A model generated the notes under the pieces. It was not told where the DNA came from. It searched no databases and worked only from the letters and a program-made list of their open reading frames with translations. The translations under genes and the position numbers were made by a program. DNA of 64,000 nucleotides from an uncultured Chthonomonadaceae bacterium (lineage in GTDB: Bacteria > Armatimonadota > Chthonomonadetes > Chthonomonadales > Chthonomonadaceae). Of this stretch, positions 40,369 to 50,735 are shown piece by piece (position 1 is the first letter of the stretch; each line of letters starts with the position of its first letter). Where the stretch lies: assembly GCA_963817895.1 (NCBI GenBank), contig CAWFQB010000004.1, forward strand, positions 608,001 to 672,000, written 5' to 3'.

Positions 40369-41015
40369 TGGCGTTGTATCTCCTGCAAGGGTTGCTCATC
40401 AGAAGTTTCCATCTGAATATAGGAAGGGGCGACGGCAACAGCAGGGGCAACAGTCTGCGCCGCTTCTAAATCGGAACTCGGAACACGCAGCAGTTGTTCG
40501 GGATGTGTGGATATGTCGGCAGTGGCGGGCCGCAGCAAAATCTCCTGCGTGTCGTTTGGGCGCGCGGCGGCTCGCAGCAGGATTTCGGAAGCGTTGGCGA
40601 AGTCAGCGGGATTGTAGTAGTCCATGCCGTTGATGCTCATGCGCGGTTTAATGCCTTTATCTTGCGCGACCTGTGCCAGCATCGTTTCCGGTACGCCGAA
40701 CCGGTCTGAAAGCTGATCGGCAGGTTTAAGTGAAAGAATGTGCTTACGTAAACTGCGCATCCACAGGCCCATGCCGCCGAAGGTCAGCGCATGAATTCCC
40801 GATACGTAAACGAGGACGCCAATTGCGGCAGGCCATGAAAGCGTCAACAGCGCGAACAGCAGCAGCGCAAAACACACGCAGGCCGCGCAAACGCCATAGA
40901 TAATAAACCCAGTTCCGACCCCCTTCAGGAGACGTTCCCAATTGCCGCTTCCCCGCCATTGACTGACGCCACGCTTGTCTTTGCCCCCGTATTTAAATCC
41001 CCATACTTGCGCCAT
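40365..41015 (-). CDS. 2-TM protein with HTH-like domain and triple-LLR tail (array A, gene 2)
   Basis: GIKPRMSINGMDYYNPADF, ILLR..ILLR..QLLR; GAGG RBS. Confidence 0.8.
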   Translation of the reverse strand: MAQVWGFKYGGKDKRGVSQWRGSGNWERLLKGVGTGFIIYGVCAACVCFALLLFALLTLSWPAAIGVLVYVSGIHALTFGGMGLWMRSLRKHILSLKPADQLSDRFGVPETMLAQVAQDKGIKPRMSINGMDYYNPADFANASEILLRAAARPNDTQEILLRPATADISTHPEQLLRVPSSDLEAAQTVAPAVAVAPSYIQMETSDEQPLQEIQRQ

Positions 41016-41026
41016 ACCTCACTCCA

Positions 41027-41587
41027 TCATTCTTGCGCCGCCCGCAGCAACTGTTCCGGTTTTGCTTCCTCTGTCCCGACAGAAGGCCGCAACAGCATAT
41101 CTCGCGTTAGCACAGGCATAGCGGACGGGCGCAGCAGGGTGTTGATGTCGCCAAAATCTCTGGGATTGTAGTAGTCCTGCCCGTTGATGTTTATCGTCGG
41201 GGTTATCTGCTTCTGTGCAGCCCACTCCTGCAAATCAGAAAAATCCATCTGGAACTGACGACACATAGCCTCGGAAGATTTCAAATGCCGTAAACGATAG
41301 CGGGTTCTCAGCATCCATACGCCGCTGCCCCCAAAAGTAAATACCCACATCGGATACATGATGACATCCCCGGCACGGCGAAAGAATTGATCCGCTTCCG
41401 GGGAAAAGAGGGGAGCATGATGCCGATGTGGTCTATTCCATTTTACAATAACGGAGGGAATCGTAAGCACAAACATAGATGCGCAAAACAGCCACACGAG
41501 CGCAAGCCAGACGGGCGGCTTATTCCAGCGGCCTTTGTACATGGGGGCGCCCGCTTCACTGACGCCTATTCGCTTGTAGCCAATCAT
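41027..41587 (-). CDS. 2-TM protein with HTH-like domain and triple-LLR tail (array A, gene 1)
   Basis: QITPTININGQDYYNPRDF, TLLR..MLLR..QLLR; directly after miaB. Confidence 0.8.
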   Translation of the reverse strand: MIGYKRIGVSEAGAPMYKGRWNKPPVWLALVWLFCASMFVLTIPSVIVKWNRPHRHHAPLFSPEADQFFRRAGDVIMYPMWVFTFGGSGVWMLRTRYRLRHLKSSEAMCRQFQMDFSDLQEWAAQKQITPTININGQDYYNPRDFGDINTLLRPSAMPVLTRDMLLRPSVGTEEAKPEQLLRAAQE

Positions 41588-41602
41588 CCTGCTTCTCCCA
41601 TT

Positions 41603-43141
41603 TTAGTCTGCCAGTTCACCGGTAAAGCCGGTTAAATTCGCTTCCAGTGCGCGGACGGGAACCAGTTTGCCGATGAGCGAATCCAGTGAACGGGTTCCCC
41701 CGGCGGGAACGGTGAAGTTGACCATTTTCTGGGTTCGGGTGTAGCCGCTCAGACGGTTCGGGTCGCGCTGGCTGCGGCCTTCCACCAGTACCTCAAAGAC
41801 CTGTCCGACCTGCGCCTGATTGATTTCCACCGTGATCTGATTCTGGCGGGCAATCAGGGCGTTCAAGCGTTCGATTTTCACTTTTTGCGGAACCTGATTT
41901 TCCATTGCGGCGGCTTTGGTGTTCGGGCGCGGGCTGTACGCGAACATGAACGCCGAGTCGAAGCGGATTTCTTCCACCATTCGCATCGTATTGGCTACTT
42001 GTTCGTCGGTTTCGCCCGGATAGCCGAGCATCATATCCGTCGTGATGGCGATGCCGGGAACGCGGGCGCGAAGGTTGTCCACGATTTCTCGGTAGCGAGC
42101 AACCGTATAGCCCCGGTGCATCTCCAGCAGCAATTCGTCGTCGCCCACTTGCAGCGGCAGGTGTACATGTTCACAGACGTGTTCCAGCCGCCCGATGGCT
42201 TCAATAAGTTCATCGGTAAAATCGCGCGGGTAGGGACTGGTGAACCGGATGCGCTGTATGCCGCGAATGGCATTGATCTGTTCCAGCAATTGCGCGAACG
42301 GAACGCGGCCTTCCGGCAGGTTTTTGCCATACGAGTTGACCGTCTGGCCGAGCAGGGTGATTTCGCGCGTCCCATTTCGCGCCAGCCCTCGATTTCCGCC
42401 AGAACCTCTTCGGTCGGGCGGCTGCGTTCTCGTCCCCGCGTGAGCGGCACGATGCAAAACGTGCAGAACTTGTCGCAGCCGTACATAATCGGCACATGCG
42501 CCTTCAATTTGGCCTTGCGCTCCACAACGCGGGCCGGAATATCCGCCACAATCGCGCCCTTGCGCGGCGGCAATTGCAGCGCGGTCAGCGTGGTCGTTTG
42601 CGTTTTGCCCCGCGACAGTCAAGAGGAAATAGGGATAAGGGATGAGGGATGAGGGATGAGAGGTACACGCCTCTTTTCCGTTCTCCTCTTCTCCTTTTCT
42701 CCTTTTCTCCTCTTCTAAAACAACCTCGCCCGACTTGACGCGCCGGACCATTTCAGGAATGGCGGAAATATTGCCCGTGCCGACGACCATATCTACATGG
42801 GGAGCGCGGCGCTTGATTTCCACGCTTTCCACCTGCGCCATGCAGCCGCACACGCCGATGACCATGTCCGGGCGGTCTCGCTTGATGTCGCGCAGTCGGC
42901 CTAATTCGCTCCATACCTTTTCTTCGGGTTTGGCGCGGACGGAACAGGTATTGAGCAGCACAACATCGGCTTTTTCCGCATCGGCAACCGGCTGGTAGCC
43001 CATAGATTCCATGTACAGCGCGATCTGCTCCGAGTCTTCCTCGTTCATCTGGCAGCCCCACGTCATAATATGATAGCCGGGCGCAGGCGAAGCGGTTTCT
43101 TGACTGGCGGCGTCAGGCAGAGCAGCGGTTTGCTCGAACAA
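41603..43141 (-). CDS. miaB: tRNA methylthiotransferase MiaB, two compensating frameshifts (about 42600-42700 and about 42390)
   Basis: [37 protein letters not shown] in the alternate frame, [14 protein letters not shown] domain. Confidence 0.95.
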   Translation of the reverse strand: MFEQTAALPDAASQETASPAPGYHIMTWGCQMNEEDSEQIALYMESMGYQPVADAEKADVVLLNTCSVRAKPEEKVWSELGRLRDIKRDRPDMVIGVCGCMAQVESVEIKRRAPHVDMVVGTGNISAIPEMVRRVKSGEVVLEEEKRRKGEEENGKEACTSHPSSLIPYPYFLLTVAGQNANDHADRAAIAAAQGRDCGGYSGPRCGAQGQIEGACADYVRLRQVLHVLHRAAHAGTRTQPPDRRGSGGNRGLARNGTREITLLGQTVNSYGKNLPEGRVPFAQLLEQINAIRGIQRIRFTSPYPRDFTDELIEAIGRLEHVCEHVHLPLQVGDDELLLEMHRGYTVARYREIVDNLRARVPGIAITTDMMLGYPGETDEQVANTMRMVEEIRFDSAFMFAYSPRPNTKAAAMENQVPQKVKIERLNALIARQNQITVEINQAQVGQVFEVLVEGRSQRDPNRLSGYTRTQKMVNFTVPAGGTRSLDSLIGKLVPVRALEANLTGFTGELAD

Positions 43142-43265
43142 TCGTTTAGTAGGTTAGAAATGCTCACGATAATCCCAATCTTAATGCGTTATGATTACAG
43201 GGCGGCGCGATACAGGGCAGCCGTGCAGGTGAAATCGTATCTGGAAATTCCAACGGCAGCGAAAA

Positions 43266-43313
43266 TGTGAAAGCCTTGACAAATCTCACAGGCGAAGTGT
43301 GTGAAATCTCACA
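43266..43313. promoter_or_regulatory. Cluster of CRP/FNR-like boxes between divergent miaB and histidine kinase
   Basis: TGTGA-N6-TGACA (43266-43281), CTTGA-N6-TCACA (43275-43290), TGTGT-N6-TCACA (43298-43313). Confidence 0.55.
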
Positions 43314-43521
43314 ATCGAAGCCCCTACTTTGGCGCGTATTAACGACTCTAGTATAGCAGATACGCCCTGTGGTTGCCGAATTCCAACATCAGGCGGCGCG
43401 TGACGGTAATAGCCCACTCGCCGCGTTGTATATGCGCTGCAAAAGATGCTAAAATTGTAGAACTTCCCGGTGACTTATGCTGAGAAACGGAAGAACGACG
43501 ACAATGACGACAATGACGACA

Positions 43522-44932
43522 ATGGAAATGACAACTCACGATACGGAACAGTTGCGCGACCAATTGCAGGAGATGCGGCAAAACGGCTGGATTTGCGCGA
43601 ACGCCAACTGCATACCGTGCATGAAATCAGTTCGGCCCTCGCCTCGCAGACGCGATCTCAACTCCATTTTGCGGGAAACCCTGCGCGTGTCGCTGAAAAC
43701 AGTCTGCGCGGATGCCGGCTCGCTCTTGCTGTACGACGCGGAGAAGCGCAAACTGGTATTCGAGTTCGTCGTCGGCAAAACGGAACTCATCGGGATGGAG
43801 ATTGATCCCGAAACCGATTTGAACGGCAAGGCTTCGACGGTATTTCGCACCGGGCAACCGCTCATCACGCTGGACACGATGAAGGAGGGCTACAACCGAC
43901 TTTCGATCAGAAGACCGGCTATAAAACGTCCAGTATCATCACGGTTCCCCTGAAAAACATGGGCGGCAAACCGCTGGGCGTGATGCAGGCGCTCAACAAA
44001 ACGGAGGGGCATTTCGACGAAGAGGATCAGGAACTGCTGGAAATCGTCAGCAGTCTCGCGGCCACTTCAATTGTCAACGCGCGCCTGGCCGAAGAAGCGC
44101 AGCTTGCCGCTGTCGCCCGCGCGGTCGGGGATTTGAGCCACGACATCAAAAACGCCCTGACGCCCGTTGAGTCCATGATAGATACCACTGTAGAAGCCTT
44201 CTTTGAGCCGATGTATCAGGCGCTGGATGAGCATCAAGCCGGAATGGCAGGCGCAATCGCCCAAAGTGACGACGGAGATCATGGAGGTGGTCGAGCCGCT
44301 GCGCGCCTGGTATCCCGAAATGCAGATCTTCCGTAAAGGACGGCTGCGCCGACATTCGCGAAATGGTATCGGAAATCGCCGATTACATCAAGGGTACGCA
44401 GTCTACCTATATGGAGGAAAACGACATTCGGGAGGTGCTGGAAGAGCGGCTGCGGCGGCTGCGCGTGGTGGCAAAACAGCGGCGCATCACCCTGCACCTG
44501 AATGAGAATACGGACGCGAATGAGACGACGGTTCCCGTATTCGCTTTCGACCGGCGGCTTGGTCGGACGGGCCGTTTTCAATCTCATCAACAACGCGATG
44601 GGAGCCATCAACGACGCCGTGAAAAAGAGGACGCTGGAACTGCGCCCCTTCAACATCTGGATACGCGCCTCATCCGTTCAGGAGGGCGAATGGCCGGAAG
44701 GCCGATATTGCCTGCTGGAAGTCCGCGACGACGGGCCGGGCATCCCGCCCAAAGTGCTGGAATCGCTGTTCACGCCACAGGTCATCAGCACCACGATTGG
44801 CGGAACGGGCATCGGCACGCGCTTCGTGAAAAGCGTGGCCGACGCGCACGGCGGCGCGGTCGGCGTGGAAAGCGAACCGGGCAACGGCGCGCGTTTCTGG
44901 CTGAAACTGCCGCTTCGACAGCAAAGGAGTGA
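43522..44932 (+). CDS. GAF-domain sensor histidine kinase, several frameshifts
   Basis: ADAGSLLLYD..GVMQALNK (GAF), LSHDIKNAL H-box, FNLINNA, DDGPGIP, GGTGIG. Confidence 0.85.
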
Positions 44933-44968
44933 AGGAATGAAATATCATTCATCCTCTCATCCTTTGCC

Positions 44969-45669
44969 TCACGCGCTTTGCAGCACCTTGTCTTCCAGCC
45001 CTTTTTTGTTCAGGACGGTCAGGCGATAGCGGCTGTCTACGGAAATCAGATTTTTGGCGCGGTACGCGACCATTACTTTGTTGACGCTTTCGCGGGCCGC
45101 GCCGACGAGATCGGCGATGTCCTGCTGCGTCAGGCGGATGGGGATGAGAATGTTGCCGTCCGGCTGCGGTTCGCCATACAATTCGCAAAACTCCACGATT
45201 TGAAAGGCGACAAGGCCGTACACGTCGAGGGTACAGTGCGCCTGTATTCGCACGTTCGCCAGACGAAGGCGGCGAGCCAGAATCACGCATCATGTTGCGG
45301 GGAAAAGTGGAGCCGTCCTTCATCAGGCGGTCAAAGGCAACGCGGTCAATGCTGATCATCGTGGTCGGTTCCTGCGTGACCACATCGGCGGAGCGTCCGT
45401 TAGAGTCGATCAGGCTCATTTCGCCTACCGTATCCCCGGTGGCGAGCAGGGCGAGAAACACCTGCTGGCCGTCCGGCAGCGAAGTAGAGACACGGACGGT
45501 TCCGTGCTGAATAACGTAAAAAATGTTCGCCCGGATCTTCCTGACTGAAAAGGATCGCGTTGGCTTTGTAAGTGCGTTCGCGCGCGTGTTCGGCAATGAA
45601 CGCCAGTTGGTCGGGAGTCAACCCATCGAAAAGAGCGATTTTGGGCAGGCGATGTGGATCAAGTGCCAT
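44969..45669 (-). CDS. Crp/Fnr-family regulator, two frameshifts
   Basis: GEMSLID...RSADV cNMP pocket; LTQQDIADLVGAARESVNK HTH. Confidence 0.9.
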
Positions 45670-45942
45670 GAACGTGCAACCCTCCCCGGACATAAGCGCC
45701 GGAACTGCGATTAAGCGCGTCAAACTGTGAAAAAAGATAAGCAATAGTACGGTGACATGAACGCATTATAGACCGCGCCGCAACACTTGTCAAGCCGATG
45801 CGCCGGGGAAATGCGTTCCTATTATAACCGGCGTTTTGGATGGCGATAAAAGCCTGTTCCTGTAGGTTCCCCTTCTCCCAATTTTGGGAGAAGGGGTTAG
45901 GGGTTGAGGGCTATTTGGGATAGACAGCAAAGGAGGCATCAA

Positions 45943-46557
45943 ATGCCGGAAGAAATCGAATTGGATATACGGGAACAGCAGGAAAAAATGGAGGAGATGC
46001 ACAGGGAACACGAGGAACATTCCGAGCATCCGCCCTCGCAACTATGGGTGCGCCTGATCTCCCTGAGTACAGCATTTCTGGCCGTGATTGCCGCTGTCGC
46101 CGCGCTGCAATCCGGTTCCCTTGTGAACGAGGCGCTGCTGGAACAGATCAAGGGGACGCAATCGCAGGCGAAAGCGTCGGATAGCTGGACGTATTATCAG
46201 GCGAAGGGACTGAAGCAGAACGGCGCGGAGCAGACCGCCGCGATTTTAGCCGCCAATCCCGCGCAGACAAAGGCGACGGAACATTACCGCGAAGAGGCGA
46301 AACGCTACTGGGAAGAGAAAGAGAAGCAAAAGGCCGACGCGGAAAAGCTGGAGGAGGAGCGCGACAAATCCAACGAAGCCTCCGAACACTTCATGCACAA
46401 GCACCATATCTTCGCCATTTGCGTGACTCTGACGCAGATCGCCATCGCGCTTTCCGCCATCGCCGCCCTGACCCGCCGCAAAGACGTCTGGTACGGAAGT
46501 CTCGCAGTTGGGTTGGTGGGATTATTTTACCTCGTTTATGGCTATGCGCAGCATTGA
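45943..46557 (+). CDS. DUF4337-family membrane protein
   Basis: AGGAGG RBS, ASDSWTYYQAK, QIAIALSAIAALT. Confidence 0.85.
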   Translation: MPEEIELDIREQQEKMEEMHREHEEHSEHPPSQLWVRLISLSTAFLAVIAAVAALQSGSLVNEALLEQIKGTQSQAKASDSWTYYQAKGLKQNGAEQTAAILAANPAQTKATEHYREEAKRYWEEKEKQKADAEKLEEERDKSNEASEHFMHKHHIFAICVTLTQIAIALSAIAALTRRKDVWYGSLAVGLVGLFYLVYGYAQH

Positions 46558-46566
46558 GAAGCGTTT

Positions 46567-47538
46567 TTAGTTTGCAAGGGCGGTGTTGAAGAATGTGGTT
46601 ATTTGGTGGGCGTATTCGGCGGGCGCGACGTTCTGCGCGCTGATATGATCCGCGCCGGGAACATGCCACAAACTTTTGGGCTGTCCGGCGGCCTGCAAAA
46701 GCGCCTGCGTCTCTTCGGGCGGGCAGAGCGTGTCGGAACCGTCTTCAATCAATAGCAAGGGACGCGGCGCGATACGGGCGATTTCTTCAATCGGAGCAAT
46801 GTCGGCGCAGCTTTTGCCGATAAGCGCCTGCCCGATGAGGCGCGTGGGAACGGCAAGGAGGGGAGCGGCTGCGCCCAAAACGGAGCGGAAATGGTTGTTG
46901 ACGGCATGATCCAGTCTGGCGAACGGGCTTTCCGCAACCACGCCCTTTACGTCGGCGCAGCGGGCTGCGCCCATCAGCACAACCACCCCGCCCATAGACT
47001 CGCCAAGCAGCCCGAGAGGAACAGGCTTCATTTCCGGGCGCGATTTCACATATTCTATCGCAGCCAGTAAATCTCCCACTTCGCGGTAGCCGAGCGTGCA
47101 GCGCGTGCCTTCGCTTTCGCCCCTTGCCCGAAAATCGAACAGCAGCACGGCAAAATGGGCTTTATGCAGGATCGCGGCGGTGGCAAGCAGATCGGTTCGG
47201 TCGCTGTCCACGCCGTGACAGCAGACAATCACGCCTTTGGGCTTACCGTCAGTCGGAATAAACCAGCCATGCAGCGTCAGTTTGTCCGGCGCGGCAAAGA
47301 CGATATTCTCATATTTCAGGCTATGCGCCCGTGGCGTCACCATAAGTTTGTGCTGTTTGGGCCGAACCGTTTCCCATGCCAGCCTGCCGCATATTATCAG
47401 ATAAGCCGAGACATTCAGCAGCAGAAGTATCAGCACCCTCCATCGAGAGCGTTTGCGCGGTCCCGGCAACCGGCGCGTCCTCGCTTTCAAGAACGGCAGG
47501 TTCCCATTCTCTTCCTCCGCATCAGTAATCCTGTCCAT
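46567..47538 (-). CDS. Membrane-anchored alpha/beta hydrolase (start uncertain)
   Basis: LHGWFIP, FDFRARGES, GESMGG nucleophile elbow, VPGADH. Confidence 0.88.
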   Translation of the reverse strand: MDRITDAEEENGNLPFLKARTRRLPGPRKRSRWRVLILLLLNVSAYLIICGRLAWETVRPKQHKLMVTPRAHSLKYENIVFAAPDKLTLHGWFIPTDGKPKGVIVCCHGVDSDRTDLLATAAILHKAHFAVLLFDFRARGESEGTRCTLGYREVGDLLAAIEYVKSRPEMKPVPLGLLGESMGGVVVLMGAARCADVKGVVAESPFARLDHAVNNHFRSVLGAAAPLLAVPTRLIGQALIGKSCADIAPIEEIARIAPRPLLLIEDGSDTLCPPEETQALLQAAGQPKSLWHVPGADHISAQNVAPAEYAHQITTFFNTALAN

Positions 47539-47594
47539 CCTGAAAAATCCTGTTCATCCTGTCTATTTTCCGTTGTTTGTCTACCGTCTACCGT

Positions 47595-48011
47595 CTACTT
47601 CCTGCGCCGATTGCGGCGGGAGCGGGGGCTGTGTTCAAAACGGGGAATATACAGCCCGTTGCCGCGTAGGTTCGGTATCCATGCCGGAACATCCTCCTGC
47701 AACGGCAAATCGGTCACGCCCTGTTCGGCCAGCCAGAGCAGCAGTTCCTGTGAGCGCGGATCGTTGCGGGCGCGTTCGCGCAGCGTGCCAATCGCGTGTC
47801 CGGCGGCATCGCGGACAGCGGGGCCGGTGGGTTCGGCATACGTCTGGAAAATGGCGATCCACAACTCTTTGTCGTAGCGGCGGTTGCGGCAGGGACAGGC
47901 GGCGCGGAGAGCGGCGTTTTGCTTTACCGGATCGTCGCAGGCCAGTTCTTCCAGCAGGCGGGGAACATCGCGAAACGAGATGCGGGCGTCGTGTTGTTTA
48001 TCTTCGGGCAT
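47595..48011 (-). CDS. Hypothetical HEAT-like protein
   Basis: DDPVKQNAALRAACPCR, VRDAAGHAIG; AAGGA RBS. Confidence 0.65.
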   Translation of the reverse strand: MPEDKQHDARISFRDVPRLLEELACDDPVKQNAALRAACPCRNRRYDKELWIAIFQTYAEPTGPAVRDAAGHAIGTLRERARNDPRSQELLLWLAEQGVTDLPLQEDVPAWIPNLRGNGLYIPRFEHSPRSRRNRRRK

Positions 48012-48148
48012 GATGGCAGCAATCCTTTCAGGAATCTACGCTTATATCGAATCGCGTCCCTTGATTGCTCAATGCGCCCCGCGAAGTGGAGCCATGCAGG
48101 AATTCCATTGCGAAGCGCGAATAAACATGCAGAAAAGGAGACAGCATC

Positions 48149-49096
48149 ATGTCTATCATTCACAGAGGAGTATTGTTTGCGCTGCTGCTGTTCATAATCG
48201 CCGCGACAAGAACCGCCGCGACAAACGCGGGCAAACCCGCCAATACCCGCCTGTACTACAGCGAGCAATGGCCCGATCACGCGCAGGTTTACGCGATGAA
48301 CGCGGACGGAACGCAGCCTACATGCCTGACGCCCACTTCGGATACGGATTATCGCCCCGCCGTGTCGCCGGACGGCAGAACCATTGCGTTCACCACGCAC
48401 CGCGACGGCGTCCGTTCCCTGTACCTGATGGACGCGGACGGCTCGCGTCAGCGCCGTCTGACTTCCGACAGTGACGCGGGCTTGCCCGCATGGTCGCCCG
48501 ATGGCAGGCAAATAGCATTTTCCAGCAATCGCAAAAACGGGTATTGTATCTGGACGATTAACGTAGATGGATCGCAAATTCGTCGCCTGACGAACGGGCC
48601 GTCCGACGACAGCCCTGCATGGATGCCGGATGGCCGCTCGCTCGCGTATCAGGGTAAGTCCGGCAGCAAGTGGCAGTTGTTTACAATTAGCGCGGACGGA
48701 ACCAACCTCCGAGCCATAACGAAAGGGTTATGGGATGACCGCTGGCCCGCCCCCTCACCCGACGGCAGCAAAATCGCTTTCACCAGTTACGAACAGGGCA
48801 ATGCCGACATTTACGTGATGGACACGAAAACCCTCCATTCCACGCGCCTGACCTCGAGCGCCGCCGATGACATACAGCCCGCATGGATGGCGGACGGCAA
48901 AACTCTGCTCTTTCACAGCAACCGGGCGGGGAAGTTCGACATCTTCTCCATCACAGCAACAGGCGCGGACGAACACCGCCTGACCGCAAGCGTAAAGGAT
49001 ACCCGCGAAATCGCCTGCTTCGTCCCACATGTAACTTCTGTTCCGACACGCGATAAGCGCCCTGCACGAACGCAATCCAACCACAAACGTAATTGA
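48149..49096 (+). CDS. Secreted TolB-like PD40 beta-propeller
   Basis: Repeated PAWSPDG/SPDG..IAF motifs; AGGAG RBS. Confidence 0.9.
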   Translation: MSIIHRGVLFALLLFIIAATRTAATNAGKPANTRLYYSEQWPDHAQVYAMNADGTQPTCLTPTSDTDYRPAVSPDGRTIAFTTHRDGVRSLYLMDADGSRQRRLTSDSDAGLPAWSPDGRQIAFSSNRKNGYCIWTINVDGSQIRRLTNGPSDDSPAWMPDGRSLAYQGKSGSKWQLFTISADGTNLRAITKGLWDDRWPAPSPDGSKIAFTSYEQGNADIYVMDTKTLHSTRLTSSAADDIQPAWMADGKTLLFHSNRAGKFDIFSITATGADEHRLTASVKDTREIACFVPHVTSVPTRDKRPARTQSNHKRN

Positions 49097-49143
49097 GAAC
49101 AGCATTGGTTGCGTATATAAGCGAAAGGAAGCGAAATACGTTG

Positions 49144-50703
49144 ATGGACACAAAGAGGTGGCGCAAGGCGTGGGGGCGTTGGAGCGCAATGGCTGGTCTT
49201 GCAATAGGCTTGTTGGCGTGGGGAAGCGCTAACGCGATTGCGGCGGGAAATTTGACGCCGCTGAAGGTGGAAGGGACGCAGATTCTGGACGGCGCGAACA
49301 AGCGCGTTCGGCTGCGGGGCGTGAATGTGCCGAGTCTGGAATGGGATCGCAAAGGGGAGGGACACATTCTGGAAACGGTTCGCGTCGCCCTCAAAGACTG
49401 GCATGTCAACATCATCCGCCTGCCCGTCGCGCAGGATAGCTGGTTCGGCAAAATGCCCGATCAGGCGGATGAGGGCATGGCGTATCGCGCCCTTGTCCGG
49501 CAGGTTGTAGACCTGTGCTACGCGAACAACTGCTACGTGATTTTGGATTTGCACTGGAACGACGCGGGGCAGTGGGGGCAGAATGTCGGGCAGCACGTCA
49601 TGCCGGACGAAAACAGCCTGCTGTTCTGGAAGAGCGCGGCGACCGAATACAAAAACAATCCCGCCCTCATTTTCGACCTGTACAACGAGCCGCATGACGT
49701 GAGCTGGGACATCTGGCGGGACGGCGGGCAGGTGACGGAATCCGACGGCAAGGGTGGAACGCGAACCTACAAAGCCATTGGAATGCAGCCTCTTCTCAAC
49801 GCCGTTCGCGAAACCGGGGCTAAAAACGTCGCGCTCATCGGCGGCCTGAACTGGGCATACGATTTTGACGGCATACTGGCGGGACGGCAGCTGAAAGATA
49901 CGACCGGGCGCGGCGTGATATACGCCAACCATGCGTACCCGCAAAAAGGCGAATCCGTTGCCGTGTGGACAAAGCGCATGGAAACGGCGACCAAAACCCT
50001 GCCGGTTTTTGTGGGGGAGTTCGGCAGCGATCCGGGCGGTGGGGTGGGCGAAACGGGCGAATCGTGGGTGCGGCACGTATTGCAGGTAATTCAGGATCAC
50101 GACTGGAACTGGACGGCATGGGACCTGCATCCCGCCGCAACGCCGAAACTGGTTTCGGATTGGGAGTATCATCCGACCGCGCACTTTGGAGTTTGGGTCA
50201 AGCAGGCGCTGAATGGCACACTGGCGCATTATACGCCGCCTGATCCGGCTCTGATGGTGGCCCCTGCGCTGACGACGGGCGCGGTCTTCGCGGACGCGCT
50301 GGCGAACGGCTGGCAAAGCTACGGTTGGGCCAAACTGGACTACGGCAATACGTCCCCGGTTCACAGCGGCAAAACATCTATCAAGATACAGGCGGGGCCG
50401 TATGAGGCGATGTTCCTGCACCACGAACCCTTCCGTATCGGCAACATGCGTAATCTCACGTTCTGGATACACGGCGGGCCGGAGGGCGGGCAATCGCTGA
50501 AAGCGCAGGCGACCATTGGCGGCAAGCCGCAGACCGTGTTCACCCTGCCTAAAGTCTATCCGAACGCATGGCGCATGATCGTGGTTCCGCTTGCCGCGCT
50601 CGGCATCACGGACAAATCCAACATGGACGGCTTCTGGATAGAAAGCCTGAGCGCAACGCCTGTGCCGCCCTTCTATGTGGATGATATTGCGTTTACGCCA
50701 TAG
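49144..50703 (+). CDS. GH5 endoglycanase with C-terminal CBM-like domain
   Basis: LRGVN, NIIRLP, ILDLHW, LYNEP (acid/base), VFVGEFG (nucleophile). Confidence 0.9.
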   Translation: MDTKRWRKAWGRWSAMAGLAIGLLAWGSANAIAAGNLTPLKVEGTQILDGANKRVRLRGVNVPSLEWDRKGEGHILETVRVALKDWHVNIIRLPVAQDSWFGKMPDQADEGMAYRALVRQVVDLCYANNCYVILDLHWNDAGQWGQNVGQHVMPDENSLLFWKSAATEYKNNPALIFDLYNEPHDVSWDIWRDGGQVTESDGKGGTRTYKAIGMQPLLNAVRETGAKNVALIGGLNWAYDFDGILAGRQLKDTTGRGVIYANHAYPQKGESVAVWTKRMETATKTLPVFVGEFGSDPGGGVGETGESWVRHVLQVIQDHDWNWTAWDLHPAATPKLVSDWEYHPTAHFGVWVKQALNGTLAHYTPPDPALMVAPALTTGAVFADALANGWQSYGWAKLDYGNTSPVHSGKTSIKIQAGPYEAMFLHHEPFRIGNMRNLTFWIHGGPEGGQSLKAQATIGGKPQTVFTLPKVYPNAWRMIVVPLAALGITDKSNMDGFWIESLSATPVPPFYVDDIAFTP

Positions 50704-50735
50704 TTCCTTTTGGCTAAACAGTTTGAGATTATAAT

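Noticed and set aside
43496..43524. GACGACAAT x3 repeat at the kinase start as a phase-variation tract
   Set aside because: A 9-bp unit preserves the frame and there are only three copies; no evidence of switching.
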